Positions 38,945 to 49,180 of a stretch of DNA of 64,000 nucleotides are shown in pieces; the first letter of the stretch is position 1, and each line of letters begins with the position of its first letter. The position numbers and the translations under genes are program-made. A model generated the notes under the pieces. That model worked only from the letters and a program-made list of their open reading frames with translations. It was not told the DNA's origin and did not search any database. Origin of the DNA: a virus (taxonomy: Duplodnaviria; Caudoviricetes); IMG/VR virus record IMGVR_UViG_3300029305_005547, positions 160,001-224,000 of that record. One strand, 5' to 3'.

Positions 38945-40267
38945 ATGTTTGGTAAAAAAGAATATATAAAAACTACTGCTAAAGACGGCAGTACAATTTA
39001 TACAACTAAAAAGCAGTTTGCAAAAGCTGCTGAAAGAGAAAGAATTCGTAGAGAAAATTTACCTACAGGAAGTCCTGACGGAACAGTTAGTGCTGAAGTT
39101 GGTAGATTAATGAATTTACTTGGCGACAAAGTTAAATATCTTAAACGTATCCAGATGGAGGCTTCTGATCCTAAAAAAAGACAGGAAAAAGGAACCCAGT
39201 TTAATGGACGTATGGATGATATGAAAACTACCAAAACCGATATTGACAAATGCGTTAAGGATTTATATTCCTTAGGTGTTAAAGTTAATAAAGACGCGTT
39301 AAAACGCGGTAAAGTTGTTTATGAAGGAGGACATGATATCATGTTGACTACTAACGAAATAAAATCTATGAAGCTCGATGTTTTTGAAGAGAACAGCAAG
39401 GGACTCATCAGTAATGAACTTAGAGATTATATGCTCACAGTTCTCGAGTCTGTTTCTGGTGAAATTGAAAGACTTAGAGTATTCAATGAAAAGGTAAATG
39501 AAAAGATTGATGCTCAGAGAGAAAGATTCAACCATTTCATTACTGAATCATTTAATGCAGGTCTCATTACTTCTACACAGTATGAAGTATTTGCAGAAAT
39601 GGCTAATGACAATTTCTTGTTTGATGTTGCTATGCCGGATCAGCTTCCTGGTTTAGTTTCCTCTTATCTTGAGGCCGCTAAGGAAAATGATGAAGTTAAG
39701 AAGGCAGAAATTAAGGCTAAGATCGATGAAGCAAATGAGATGAAAGCTCTTGAATCTGGTAACGATGTTGTAACTGAAGGAGCTGATTGTTCTATCGTTG
39801 AAAAGCTTGAATCTTTGAAGATCAAGTTATCTGATGAAGAGAAAGAGATGGCGGAGAAGTTCGACCAGCTTATTGCGGATGCAATGAATAAAGATGATAA
39901 AAAAGAAGAGCCCGCATCTGAAGAACCTGCAGAAGGTGAACCTGCTAAAGAAGAACCTGTAAAAGAAGGTGCTGAAGAGAAGGTTGAAGAACCTAAGGCA
40001 GATGAACCGGCTAAAGAAGATAAGGGTGGTAAAGGTGAAGAAGAACCTGTAACAGAAGAACCCGCCGGAGAAGAGCCTTCAGGTGAAGAGCCTATTGAAG
40101 AAGGCGTAGAAAATACTATTGTGTCAGGTTTTGACGCAGTTGTTTGTGAATCTTCTTTAACTGAAGACGAAGCAAATGATGTTATCAGTTTCATGACTGA
40201 AGCAGTTAATGATAACGTATACTCTGAAGACGATCTTGCAAGAGTTCGTAAAATGATAGGAGTTTAA
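38945..40267 (+). CDS. Putative head core/scaffold-like protein
   Basis: Follows the protease; many LES/TES/TEG sites and a Glu/Pro-rich EEP repeat region. Confidence 0.6.
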   Translation: MFGKKEYIKTTAKDGSTIYTTKKQFAKAAERERIRRENLPTGSPDGTVSAEVGRLMNLLGDKVKYLKRIQMEASDPKKRQEKGTQFNGRMDDMKTTKTDIDKCVKDLYSLGVKVNKDALKRGKVVYEGGHDIMLTTNEIKSMKLDVFEENSKGLISNELRDYMLTVLESVSGEIERLRVFNEKVNEKIDAQRERFNHFITESFNAGLITSTQYEVFAEMANDNFLFDVAMPDQLPGLVSSYLEAAKENDEVKKAEIKAKIDEANEMKALESGNDVVTEGADCSIVEKLESLKIKLSDEEKEMAEKFDQLIADAMNKDDKKEEPASEEPAEGEPAKEEPVKEGAEEKVEEPKADEPAKEDKGGKGEEEPVTEEPAGEEPSGEEPIEEGVENTIVSGFDAVVCESSLTEDEANDVISFMTEAVNDNVYSEDDLARVRKMIGV

Positions 40268-40331
40268 TTTAAAAAAAAATAAGAGTAGTTGGGTAATCCA
40301 ACTACTCTTATCTTTATTTATAATTGGTGAA

Positions 40332-40511
40332 TTATTCACCTTCTTTAACATCAGTGAGCTGATCTTCTGTCTTGCCGGAATTCTTTTTCTTGGTAACACC
40401 GTATGCTGTTGCAACAGCAGCACCAATACCGGTAAGTACACCTGCACCGATACCAACATTCTTCATTAATTCTTTTTTCTCTCTTTTAGCTTTTCTCTGG
40501 CTAGGTCTCAT
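40332..40511 (-). CDS. Small membrane-anchored early protein
   Basis: MRPSQRK...VGIGAGVLTGIGAAVATAYGV; AAGGAGG RBS. Confidence 0.6.
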   Translation of the reverse strand: MRPSQRKAKREKKELMKNVGIGAGVLTGIGAAVATAYGVTKKKNSGKTEDQLTDVKEGE

Positions 40512-40524
40512 TGTTTTATCCTCC

Positions 40525-40719
40525 TTATTCTTCACTGGGCGTCGCATTTTCATCAAATGATTCATAGTAGCATTCACCGGTTTTTGTTTTACCGGTATCG
40601 CATACCATCTTCATTACCTGATAGAAAAGATACATAAAAATGCCAATAATAATATAGGTACCGCTGTTTCTTTTTACGTGATCAGCAACACGTTTAATAT
40701 TTTCAAAATATTTTCTCAT
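40525..40719 (-). CDS. Small membrane early protein
   Basis: One TM segment YIIIGIFMYLFY; AAGGAG RBS. Confidence 0.6.
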   Translation of the reverse strand: MRKYFENIKRVADHVKRNSGTYIIIGIFMYLFYQVMKMVCDTGKTKTGECYYESFDENATPSEE

Positions 40720-40760
40720 TTTGTAGATCTCCTTTTCGTTTTGTAAAGACAGTGAGGTTT

Positions 40761-41054
40761 TTACGCCTCACTGTCTTCTGTAGCTTCTGCAATGTCTTCT
40801 TCGATAGCAGTAACTTCGCCCTTCTTGGAAGGGATCAAAGATGCAACCTTAGAAGCAACCAGGCAAGCGCCTGTAGCAGCAGCATCTGCAGCTGTATAAA
40901 TAATATCCAATGTAATAGTAGTCGCTACGTTAACTGCTACATCGTATGACATAGCCTTAACTGTCTTCTTCAGACGACGGGACTGCATGCTGGACATACC
41001 AACTGCTTTAGTTGCTTTCTTAAAAGTCTTTCTTGCTTTCTTAACAACTTTCAT
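40761..41054 (-). CDS. Early protein, paralog of 6504-6941
   Basis: KAVGMSSMQSRRLKKTVKAMSYDVAVNVATTITLD; early promoter at about 41171-41190. Confidence 0.72.
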   Translation of the reverse strand: MKVVKKARKTFKKATKAVGMSSMQSRRLKKTVKAMSYDVAVNVATTITLDIIYTAADAAATGACLVASKVASLIPSKKGEVTAIEEDIAEATEDSEA

Positions 41055-41215
41055 ATCCTAAAACTCCTTTCCTCTTAGTTTTGTTTGACACATCGTTCTA
41101 AGATATTTTAAATTTTTGTATATGCTTTAATATTTTATTATATCAATACCAAAGTCATTTACAATTATTCACTATAATAATATACGTTTATTTTTCTTAA
41201 CGAAAATACGTACTT

Positions 41216-41395
41216 TTACAGATATTCTCTACCTGCAATTATTACCAAATCGTTATCGTTTATATATTTTTTAATTTCTTCTATAGAACTATTTTGAAGA
41301 AATATTTCTCTAGTTTTTGCGTTTATTAAATTATATTTTGGATTATCAGATAAATCTGATATTAATGATTTTGATACATAGGCATAGGTTTTCAT
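41216..41395 (-). CDS. Small hypothetical protein (59 aa, not in the ORF track)
   Basis: MKTYAYVSKS...IIAGREYL*; GGGGTGAG RBS. Confidence 0.45.
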   Translation of the reverse strand: MKTYAYVSKSLISDLSDNPKYNLINAKTREIFLQNSSIEEIKKYINDNDLVIIAGREYL

Positions 41396-41546
41396 AAATA
41401 CTCACCCCATTTCAAATTAGACACATATTTTCTTTTCCATCTAATTGTTATTTCTTATTTTATTTTCAGTCTTTTAATTAAGAAAACAATTTTGTAACCA
41501 GTTTGGTTTATATTACCAAAAATCCAACGAAAGGAACATATAAAAT

Positions 41547-42167
41547 ATGAAGACAAAAGACAGTTTGAAACTTAAAGTTTTCGAGAGTTCTCTTCCCAAG
41601 GAAGATGTTACAGATCTTATCGCTATGATTGAATCTGCTTCAACTATCGATGATATTGATCATATTCAGGAAGTATTTAACGAAAAGGTTAAAGAAGTAC
41701 CTTATTCTGAAGCAGCAATTATCGCTTCTAATAAGAAGATTCTTGCAGCTCTTAAAGAGTCTGAAATTGCATCCGAATGTAAGGATGTTATTGCAGCTAT
41801 GGAAGAGTACAATAAAGAACTTCTTAATCTTTGGAAGAAAGGTGTAGAAGATATGCAGAAGTATGATGATATCTATTATCGTTTTCAACATAAAGCCGAT
41901 GAAGCTATGGATAAGATCGAACTGAAAATTAAAATGAAATTAGCTGAAATTGAAGCTAAAAACTTTAACGTTAGTTCTGATGAAGTTGATGAAGTTAAGA
42001 AGCAACTTGACATGGCTCTTGATTTTAAGAAGAGAGTTAAAGAAGCATTCAAAGATATGAAGAGTAATCTTACAGAGGCTGCTGAGAAAGTAGCTAAGGC
42101 TACTAAATCTAAAGCAGATGAACTTAAGGAAAAGATTGATAACCTTAAGAAGAAAGATGCTGAGTAA
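41547..42167 (+). CDS. Putative head protein (coiled coil)
   Basis: Late promoter at 41485-41496; FES/IES/SEA sites. Confidence 0.6.
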   Translation: MKTKDSLKLKVFESSLPKEDVTDLIAMIESASTIDDIDHIQEVFNEKVKEVPYSEAAIIASNKKILAALKESEIASECKDVIAAMEEYNKELLNLWKKGVEDMQKYDDIYYRFQHKADEAMDKIELKIKMKLAEIEAKNFNVSSDEVDEVKKQLDMALDFKKRVKEAFKDMKSNLTEAAEKVAKATKSKADELKEKIDNLKKKDAE

Positions 42168-42233
42168 GTTCTAATTTGAAAACAATAATTTAAATTAGAG
42201 AAATCTAAAAATCTTTTAATATATGGAAAGGAA

Positions 42234-42929
42234 ATGACGACTATGAGTTTTTTAGACGCATTAAGAAATCCCCTTCCTTCAACTGTTGTTACTGAGGCTC
42301 CCGTTGCAGAGGAACCTGTAAATACCCCTGCTGAGCCCGTTGCTGAACCTGTTGTGGAAGGTGCAGAAGATATAAATAATATCGTAATCGATGATGGCGA
42401 CGATGATACCATCGAAGGTGAGTTCGTTGATGATCTTGAAAAGCCGGACAGTTTGGATCTTACTCCTGAAGAGGAAGCTGAAGCTGATTCCATTATCAAT
42501 ATTGCAGCAACTCCCGTAATTTTGAAAGAGGTTCTCACTCAGGAAGCTGTAGATGCTTTTGTTGAATCCGCTGAGTTCGATCTGGCTATCGAAGAAGGAT
42601 TTGCACTTGAAGGAACTAAAGATAACTTCGGTTCATTCACTGGTGAGCTCTTTACTGAAGCTAAGTTCTATAACAAGAACCAGGTTCGCTTCACTAAGGA
42701 AGCAAGAACAAACCAGTTGTTCGAAATCTGTGTACAGGCTATTGCCCGTGCTAAGAATGACCCTGTATACTTCAAGCTTGCTAAGGTACAGGTTCTTAGA
42801 AGAAAGCTGAAAGCAACTCTTCGCCAGAGATATAAGGCTCCGGCTATGAAGAAAGCTAAGGAGTACATTGTACGTTTGAGACGTTCTAAGGCTCCTACGA
42901 TTGCTAACGCAGCAAAAAAGATTGGTTAA
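42234..42929 (+). CDS. Putative internal head protein with acidic propeptide and basic C-terminal domain
   Basis: Late promoter at 42181-42192; acidic N-terminal part ends at FTEA, then a strongly basic domain follows. Confidence 0.65.
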   Translation: MTTMSFLDALRNPLPSTVVTEAPVAEEPVNTPAEPVAEPVVEGAEDINNIVIDDGDDDTIEGEFVDDLEKPDSLDLTPEEEAEADSIINIAATPVILKEVLTQEAVDAFVESAEFDLAIEEGFALEGTKDNFGSFTGELFTEAKFYNKNQVRFTKEARTNQLFEICVQAIARAKNDPVYFKLAKVQVLRRKLKATLRQRYKAPAMKKAKEYIVRLRRSKAPTIANAAKKIG

Positions 42930-43131
42930 GAGTTTTATCTTAGATTTGGTGAATATTCCATAACGATTATACCTATTTCCTGCTTTCATGTTGGATCCGT
43001 GTTATGCGTTATTAATCCTCCATTTCTTTAAACTTATAAACCAAAGGTTTACCCTAGGAGTCATTTAGCTCCTAGGGTAACTTTTATACAAAAAATAAGA
43101 GGAAGGTGTATAAATCACCTTCCTCTATTCT

Positions 43132-43608
43132 TTATTCCAATCTTTCAGCGTAACCAATAGTTACACCATCCTGACTTACCCTAATACCAGGAGTAGGTAA
43201 ACCGAACTTTCTAGCTCGGTTATATTCCTGGATATGGTAAATGTATCCAGTCTGGATGTGGAAATAATCTGCGTTACATTCATCCGCATACTCATAGATA
43301 TCAAATTCACTTCCAGTTTTTCTAGAAGCTTTCATTGATTCAGTAAGCATTCCGCTTAAAGTACCAATAATGTCACCAGCAAATGCTGATACCTGACGAA
43401 CATCAAGATCAAGTAATCCCGGAATTTCATCAAGTCTCTTTAATTCATTAATGTATGCATTATACACTTTTGCATATGCACTATCTTCTTCCATAGGAAT
43501 AAGACCTGTTAAAGGAAGAAGAGAGCTAATAACTTCTTCAGATACACCAAGAGTTTCAAGAATAGTTGCAGGATACTTTTCGATAGTCATAGAAATTTTG
43601 TTATTCAT
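43132..43608 (-). CDS. Hypothetical early protein
   Basis: AGGAGGG RBS before MNNKIS; early promoter at about 43691-43710. Confidence 0.7.
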   Translation of the reverse strand: MNNKISMTIEKYPATILETLGVSEEVISSLLPLTGLIPMEEDSAYAKVYNAYINELKRLDEIPGLLDLDVRQVSAFAGDIIGTLSGMLTESMKASRKTGSEFDIYEYADECNADYFHIQTGYIYHIQEYNRARKFGLPTPGIRVSQDGVTIGYAERLE

Positions 43609-43640
43609 AATGACCCTCCTTATGAAGTTTATTTTTTGCA

Positions 43641-43687
43641 CCTATAGATCACTGTAGTTATGTGCTATAGCGTTATGAAGTTTTTAT
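43641..43687 (-). promoter_or_regulatory. Conserved 47-bp leader hairpin, copy 2
   Basis: 42/47 identical to 7029-7075. Confidence 0.7.
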
Positions 43688-43690
43688 TCA

Positions 43691-43710
43691 CTAAAATAAT
43701 ATATCTTTAT
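43691..43710 (-). promoter_or_regulatory. Early promoter AAA(G/C)RTATATTATWWTA (representative of about 13 copies)
   Basis: Similar motifs at about 4511, 7119, 7521, 8911, 30471, 37621, 37891, 41171, 54209, 59728 and 60090 (-) and 43733 (+), mostly heading accessory or RNAP operons. Confidence 0.75.
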
Positions 43711-43777
43711 TTTAACTCAAAATACGGTTTTAGAAGTATATTATTTTATAAGATAAAACAGAAAGGAAGGATTCAAA

Positions 43778-43963
43778 ATGGGTAATTGTTTTGTTTGTGG
43801 AAATGAAGTAAAAGACGATGAAGATTTTGAGTGGCATGGTTGTGATGGTGACAAAATTCATACCAAATGTAAACCCCATCTTCAACTGGCATATAATAAA
43901 ATCAACAATATGTCTGATAAAGAATTTGAAGATTATCTTCTTGGAAAAAGTAATTTATTATGA
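43778..43963 (+). CDS. Small zinc-binding protein
   Basis: CFVC...HTKC; follows TATATTAT at about 43737-43744. Confidence 0.6.
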   Translation: MGNCFVCGNEVKDDEDFEWHGCDGDKIHTKCKPHLQLAYNKINNMSDKEFEDYLLGKSNLL

Positions 43964-43978
43964 AAGGAATAAGTTAAA

Positions 43979-44266
43979 ATGGGTAAGATTAAAAGTGAAA
44001 ACGAAATCATTGCAGCTATCAAACCTGAAAAACTAAAAGAGATGGCAGATCAAATCGACAACTTTTTAGACTTTGTCGACAAGTTTTTATTTATTGAAGG
44101 ATGTACAAGTGAAGAGTATGAAAAGTACATGAAGAAAGCAAGGAAAGCTGCTAAAAGATTAAGAAAAGGAAAAGATCTTGATTTGGTATTTGATGCAGAT
44201 AAGATTGAAGAGTGTTGCCAAAATGATCCAAATTTTGCATCTGAATACCTTGATGAAGATTGGTGA
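43979..44266 (+). CDS. Hypothetical protein
   Basis: RBS present; operon leading to the RNAP gene. Confidence 0.65.
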   Translation: MGKIKSENEIIAAIKPEKLKEMADQIDNFLDFVDKFLFIEGCTSEEYEKYMKKARKAAKRLRKGKDLDLVFDADKIEECCQNDPNFASEYLDEDW

Positions 44267-44272
44267 TATTAA

Positions 44273-44794
44273 ATGAAGTTTTATTTATTCTTTTTAAAAT
44301 ACGATAGAAGTCTCTACGCATTCACTACAGTAAAAGAATATGCTGAAAAGTTTCTAAATGAAAGAAACCCTAATTGTTTCAAAGTTAAAGAAAAGAAGCT
44401 TAAAGGTGAAGCAGAAAAGATTTTTATGTATACAAATAAATTACTTCAACTTAATAAGTACCCTTATCAAACTGGAGTTGGTTCTAATGAATATGTAGAA
44501 CTTATTGCTACAGGAAAAGAAGATGATAAAATAACATATGAAGTTGAAGCAATGGAAAACATGGTTGGTGAAATAGACCAGATACTAAGACAATGGCCTC
44601 TTAAAAAGAAATATGAAGAGGTTATTGATAGAATGACTCAAATACATGACAATTCAGGTCATATAACTATCGATACATTATCATTATTTGTAGACATTCA
44701 CAAAGATACATTTATCGAAAGAGAACCAATAAAACCTTATGAGAAATCAGTTTGGGAGTCACAATCCGATAATATGTGTCTTGACACATTTTAA
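44273..44794 (+). CDS. Hypothetical protein
   Basis: Operon packing. Confidence 0.65.
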   Translation: MKFYLFFLKYDRSLYAFTTVKEYAEKFLNERNPNCFKVKEKKLKGEAEKIFMYTNKLLQLNKYPYQTGVGSNEYVELIATGKEDDKITYEVEAMENMVGEIDQILRQWPLKKKYEEVIDRMTQIHDNSGHITIDTLSLFVDIHKDTFIEREPIKPYEKSVWESQSDNMCLDTF

Positions 44795-44817
44795 GATTTA
44801 GAAAGAAGGAATCCGTA

Positions 44818-46920
44818 ATGAGTAAACAACAAGTATATGAAATTCCGGTTATCAACTCTACAGATGATCTTAAAGAACTTCTTATGAGTTGTTATACTTT
44901 GGAGTATTTCATGGCTACAGAGGAAATCTATGAAGATTTCTTTGAAAAACTTTATGCGATTATCAAAGGGTGTATTGAAAAGAAAGAATGTAGAGAGTAT
45001 CCTGTTAAGTTTAAATTTTATAACGATGACAAGAATACATATGAAATGCAGTTACGTCATTTCATAATTAATCTCATTTTGTGGGAACCCTTTGTCCATG
45101 TTAATTCCATCAAGTTTTTAAATGATAGATATATCATGGATGGAACGAAAATTATTGTTGAAGAACAGTATGATCTTGATTACTGGATCAATACAAAAAT
45201 CATAACTGTTCTCAGAAATTACAATGTAAAAGAAATAACTATTAACAAAAGTATTTCGAAAGTTTGTAACAGACTTCGAAATATTTCGTTGGATTTCTCG
45301 TTAATTATGAATCTCAATTTCTCATATTTCACGTTCATTGAGATGTATCAGAAGAACCCTCGAATTAAAGAGATTATGGAATGTACTTTTGATGAAACAA
45401 TGCAACCTAGAGATATTGAGATCACTATTGATAAATATTTACAAGAAGAGCTGGAAATCTACATGAATGATCCAGGAAACCCTATCGGTACAATATTACG
45501 ATCAGGAACTGGAATTAAGCACAAACAGTTTGCTGAATTTACAATAGCTCAAGGATTAAAGCCTAGTTTGGATGGTGTTATTATGCCAGTACCTATTGAA
45601 AATTCTACATTAATTCGTGGTTTGGATCGTCCTTCTTATGTATATATAGATGCTTCAGCAGCAAGAAAATCCTTAATTTTGAATAAAACTGTTATGGGTA
45701 CTGCTGGTAACTTTGGTAAGCTTACATTACAGCTTGCTAAAACACTTGGATTATCCCGTACTATTTCGGATTGCGAGACAAAGCATTTACTTAATATTAC
45801 TATTAATAGTAAGAAGATGCTTAAGAAATTCAATAATAGATATTATAGACTTCATGAAAATGATAGTTTAAAATTATTGGATTCCGATAATGATACGCAT
45901 CTTATAGGTGAAACAATTCAGCTCAGATCTCCTGTAACCTGTGCACTTGGTGACCATGTATGTGCTAAGTGTTTTGGTAGAACAGCTGGTCTTAACTATG
46001 ATATCGCTGATGGTGTTGCCGGATTCGAATCCGAAGAAATTACAAAAGAGCTTGAGCAGAACGTTCTTTCATCTAAGCATTTACTTACAACAAAATCAGA
46101 AGTGTTGGAGTTTAATGACGCTTTTGATAAATACTTCACTTTAACATCTGGAGAAGTTTATCCGTTGGTTGATGAAAATGATAGTGTAGAAGATATTAAT
46201 AATTACGCTATTTATATTGCTCCAAACACAATCGAAAAGGTTGATGAAATGGACGATGAAAATGGTTATAATACATTCATTGCGGGTGGAGTATTCTATG
46301 TAGTTGATATGACTACAGGTGAGATGGAAGAAATTAAACTTAAGAATGAAGGAAAAGAAATATTTATTTCTGATGAAGCACTTGAACTTATGAGACATGG
46401 TCGTGGATATATTAAGTTCAAAGAGTTGTCCGATGATGTAAAGGTATTTGAAATGAATATCTTAAATAACGAGCTTACAAAACCTCTCTATGAAATGATG
46501 GGTCTTTTGAACCGTAATAGAAAAGAGGGTGAACCTCAAACAATTGATGAAGTTACACAACGCTTTGTAGAACTTCTTGTTGTTTCTGGTATTAAAGCGT
46601 CATCTCTTGCAGGTGAATGTATTATCAATCGTTTAGTACGAAGTGATATAAACATTTACGACAGACCTGATTTTACACGTACGAGATTAGAACCTTATAC
46701 AATTATTACAATTCGTAAGGCTCTTGAAGATAATAAATCTCCTGGACTCGGTCTGTCTGTTCAATATATTAAGAGACAGCTTCTTAGTGATGAAATTGTC
46801 ACGGAAAGAACTGGAACATCTTATATTGATCCGTTTTTACAGACAAAGGTTCCTAACTTGAGTGAAATTTACGGAACAACAAAACGTAAGAGAACACGTG
46901 AACCTAAAGGACTTATGTAA
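44818..46920 (+). CDS. Multisubunit RNA polymerase beta' subunit, C-terminal half (probably the non-virion RNAP)
   Basis: Bridge-helix-like ARKSLILNKTVMGTAGNFGK, zinc site DC...RSPVTC...VCAKCFG, trigger-loop-like EQNVLSSKH. Confidence 0.88.
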   Translation: MSKQQVYEIPVINSTDDLKELLMSCYTLEYFMATEEIYEDFFEKLYAIIKGCIEKKECREYPVKFKFYNDDKNTYEMQLRHFIINLILWEPFVHVNSIKFLNDRYIMDGTKIIVEEQYDLDYWINTKIITVLRNYNVKEITINKSISKVCNRLRNISLDFSLIMNLNFSYFTFIEMYQKNPRIKEIMECTFDETMQPRDIEITIDKYLQEELEIYMNDPGNPIGTILRSGTGIKHKQFAEFTIAQGLKPSLDGVIMPVPIENSTLIRGLDRPSYVYIDASAARKSLILNKTVMGTAGNFGKLTLQLAKTLGLSRTISDCETKHLLNITINSKKMLKKFNNRYYRLHENDSLKLLDSDNDTHLIGETIQLRSPVTCALGDHVCAKCFGRTAGLNYDIADGVAGFESEEITKELEQNVLSSKHLLTTKSEVLEFNDAFDKYFTLTSGEVYPLVDENDSVEDINNYAIYIAPNTIEKVDEMDDENGYNTFIAGGVFYVVDMTTGEMEEIKLKNEGKEIFISDEALELMRHGRGYIKFKELSDDVKVFEMNILNNELTKPLYEMMGLLNRNRKEGEPQTIDEVTQRFVELLVVSGIKASSLAGECIINRLVRSDINIYDRPDFTRTRLEPYTIITIRKALEDNKSPGLGLSVQYIKRQLLSDEIVTERTGTSYIDPFLQTKVPNLSEIYGTTKRKRTREPKGLM

Positions 46921-46973
46921 TAAATGTATAGGGTAGATTAGTTTCTACCCTATATTTTTTAAAAGGAGAAGAA

Positions 46974-47972
46974 ATGAAATTTTTTAGGAAAACAAATACT
47001 GAATCATGTAAGAATGTAAATATGTCTATTCGTAAATATATAAATAACAATTTTTCATTCACCAGTGCAGTTATCGAATTTATTGATACCTTACACTATC
47101 AACCAATATCATCATTAGATGACATTGTTAATATGTTAAATCTTATTTTCGAAGATAAAACTACAATGAAAATATCTGAAATTGAAAACGTCATACATTC
47201 AATGGGTGATGAAGGTCAGTGGATGAGTAAAATTGCAAATTTTACTAAATTAGCAAATTATCATCCATTATTTGATTTTGGATCTTTGTTTTTAAATGAT
47301 TTAGTGGAAAATAACGATGAATATTTTAAAGAATTTTTATTTGTATTTTATGATACTATAGTTGGAGTTAATGGTGACCTTCCGTCTGGGATATCATATA
47401 CACGGTGGCAAGATAAACTTAGAGATCGTGAAAATAAATTTAAGTTTGAATATGACAGAGTTAAATTCGCAGTATCATCCATTACAGAACCTCATGTATT
47501 TAAAGGTTATACGATGGCGTTTACTAAATTGAATGATGATATTTTAACTATAATTAATACAAACGGAATAAAATATCTTGAGTTATTATCGAAGATAATA
47601 ACTAATCAAAGTGGTAAATGTGTAGATTATGCTACAGATTACAAAAACGTAATAAGAAGTATTCAAGACGAGTTTTGGTGCAAATCAATTCCTAAATTTG
47701 TGTTAAAAAATAACAAACTTGAATATAATCGTAATCGTAAAATATCATTTGATGAAATGTATTTTGCATCATCTGAAAATGGATCTATACGTATACGAAT
47801 AAATGATGAGTCTAAATATATAAGTTTTAATGAAATTTTGTATGTATTGACATCTTTAACCGAAAATCCGTTTGTCGAACACGCTTCTCCGAATGTATTA
47901 TATACAGCTGCTGTATATATTTATTTTATGAGAGAAGCTGAAAATGTTATTAAAGATCTTATTTTCGAATAA
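46974..47972 (+). CDS. Hypothetical protein
   Basis: AAAGGAG RBS; 332 aa. Confidence 0.7.
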   Translation: MKFFRKTNTESCKNVNMSIRKYINNNFSFTSAVIEFIDTLHYQPISSLDDIVNMLNLIFEDKTTMKISEIENVIHSMGDEGQWMSKIANFTKLANYHPLFDFGSLFLNDLVENNDEYFKEFLFVFYDTIVGVNGDLPSGISYTRWQDKLRDRENKFKFEYDRVKFAVSSITEPHVFKGYTMAFTKLNDDILTIINTNGIKYLELLSKIITNQSGKCVDYATDYKNVIRSIQDEFWCKSIPKFVLKNNKLEYNRNRKISFDEMYFASSENGSIRIRINDESKYISFNEILYVLTSLTENPFVEHASPNVLYTAAVYIYFMREAENVIKDLIFE

Positions 47973-48009
47973 TTATGAAGAGATAAGCAAATGCTTATCT
48001 CTTCATTTT

Positions 48010-48624
48010 TTATCGTGTTTCTAAAAATTTATTGAATTGACGAATCAATTCATTTGTTTCTGTATTATCTGTGGTACATAATTTTTCTTGTTCGGGTTCC
48101 AAAAATACAACTTTATTATGAGCAAGAGTTTTCTTAATATCAATTACTCTCTGATTTGTAGATCCTACCCAATGATAGTCTTTATCATTTTTATCATTTT
48201 CATATTTACCATCACAAAGCACATCAATCCCAAGAAGGATTCCACAATATGTATCAATCACTTCTCTATCTGTATTAGATAATATAGTTTTGATAATCCA
48301 ATCTAATGTGAATCCTGTATATAACCAAATGGTTTTTTCATCGCCATAAGTTTCATTTACTTTTTTGATTACTTCAACGACATCTTCAGGATAATATGTA
48401 AGAGGATCACCGCCGCTTAAAGTTAAACCGTGAATATAATCATGATTTAAATCATCAAGAATCTCTTTCATAGATTCTTCATCAAATAATACCCCATCTT
48501 CAGGATCATGCGTAACTGGATTATGGCAATCTTTACAATTATGAAAACAACCGGAAACCCAAAGAACAGTTCTTATTCCTGCACCATTTTCAATATTATT
48601 AGGTTCAATATTATGAAATCTCAT
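48010..48624 (-). CDS. nrdG: Anaerobic ribonucleotide reductase activating enzyme (radical SAM)
   Basis: NGAGIRTVLWVSGCFHNCKDCHN, GLTLSGGDPL, IWLYTGFT, DVLCDGKY, GSTNQRVID. Confidence 0.93.
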   Translation of the reverse strand: MRFHNIEPNNIENGAGIRTVLWVSGCFHNCKDCHNPVTHDPEDGVLFDEESMKEILDDLNHDYIHGLTLSGGDPLTYYPEDVVEVIKKVNETYGDEKTIWLYTGFTLDWIIKTILSNTDREVIDTYCGILLGIDVLCDGKYENDKNDKDYHWVGSTNQRVIDIKKTLAHNKVVFLEPEQEKLCTTDNTETNELIRQFNKFLETR

Positions 48625-48745
48625 ATTTTACCACCTTTCAAATTCGTTTAACTTTTTGTTAGAATAACTATTAAAAATATTTACGCTTTCTTTATTGAAA
48701 AGAAACATTTAACTAATGATCAATAAGAAAGGAAGGGTGTCAAAT

Positions 48746-49072
48746 ATGGGAACCATTATTGGCAGACAATATACACCTCAGGATGAACAAGGTAACCGCG
48801 ACGTTATCCATCCTGAAACTCAAATAGATGCAGTTCTTGATCCGATTACTGGGAAACCATTACGTGCTCAATTAGAAAGCATTAGTGATAAATTAGTACC
48901 AGTAAATCCTGAGACTGGAGAACCTGGATTTATCACCCCCGAAATGGTTGAAAAATATAATCATATGGCAGAAAACTCAATTGTAGTAGATTCAGTTAAG
49001 CCTACTTTCGCAAATGGAGGTTACTGGTTTAATGTATATGATCCTACAATGACATCTACCGATGTAGAATAA
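48746..49072 (+). CDS. Small putative tail/baseplate protein
   Basis: Late promoter at 48704-48715 places the start at MGTIIG; IHPETQIDAV motif. Confidence 0.55.
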   Translation: MGTIIGRQYTPQDEQGNRDVIHPETQIDAVLDPITGKPLRAQLESISDKLVPVNPETGEPGFITPEMVEKYNHMAENSIVVDSVKPTFANGGYWFNVYDPTMTSTDVE

Positions 49073-49180
49073 TACCGTAATTATCGGGGATAAATAAATT
49101 GAACATTAAAATAATTGAAATGGGACCACCCCTATCAATATAACTAACCTACAAAAAAATCGAAAGAGAGGTAAATTGTA

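Noticed and set aside
39900-40110. GAAGAACC-rich repeats in gene 38945
   Set aside because: Low-complexity Glu/Pro coding sequence, not an independent DNA element.
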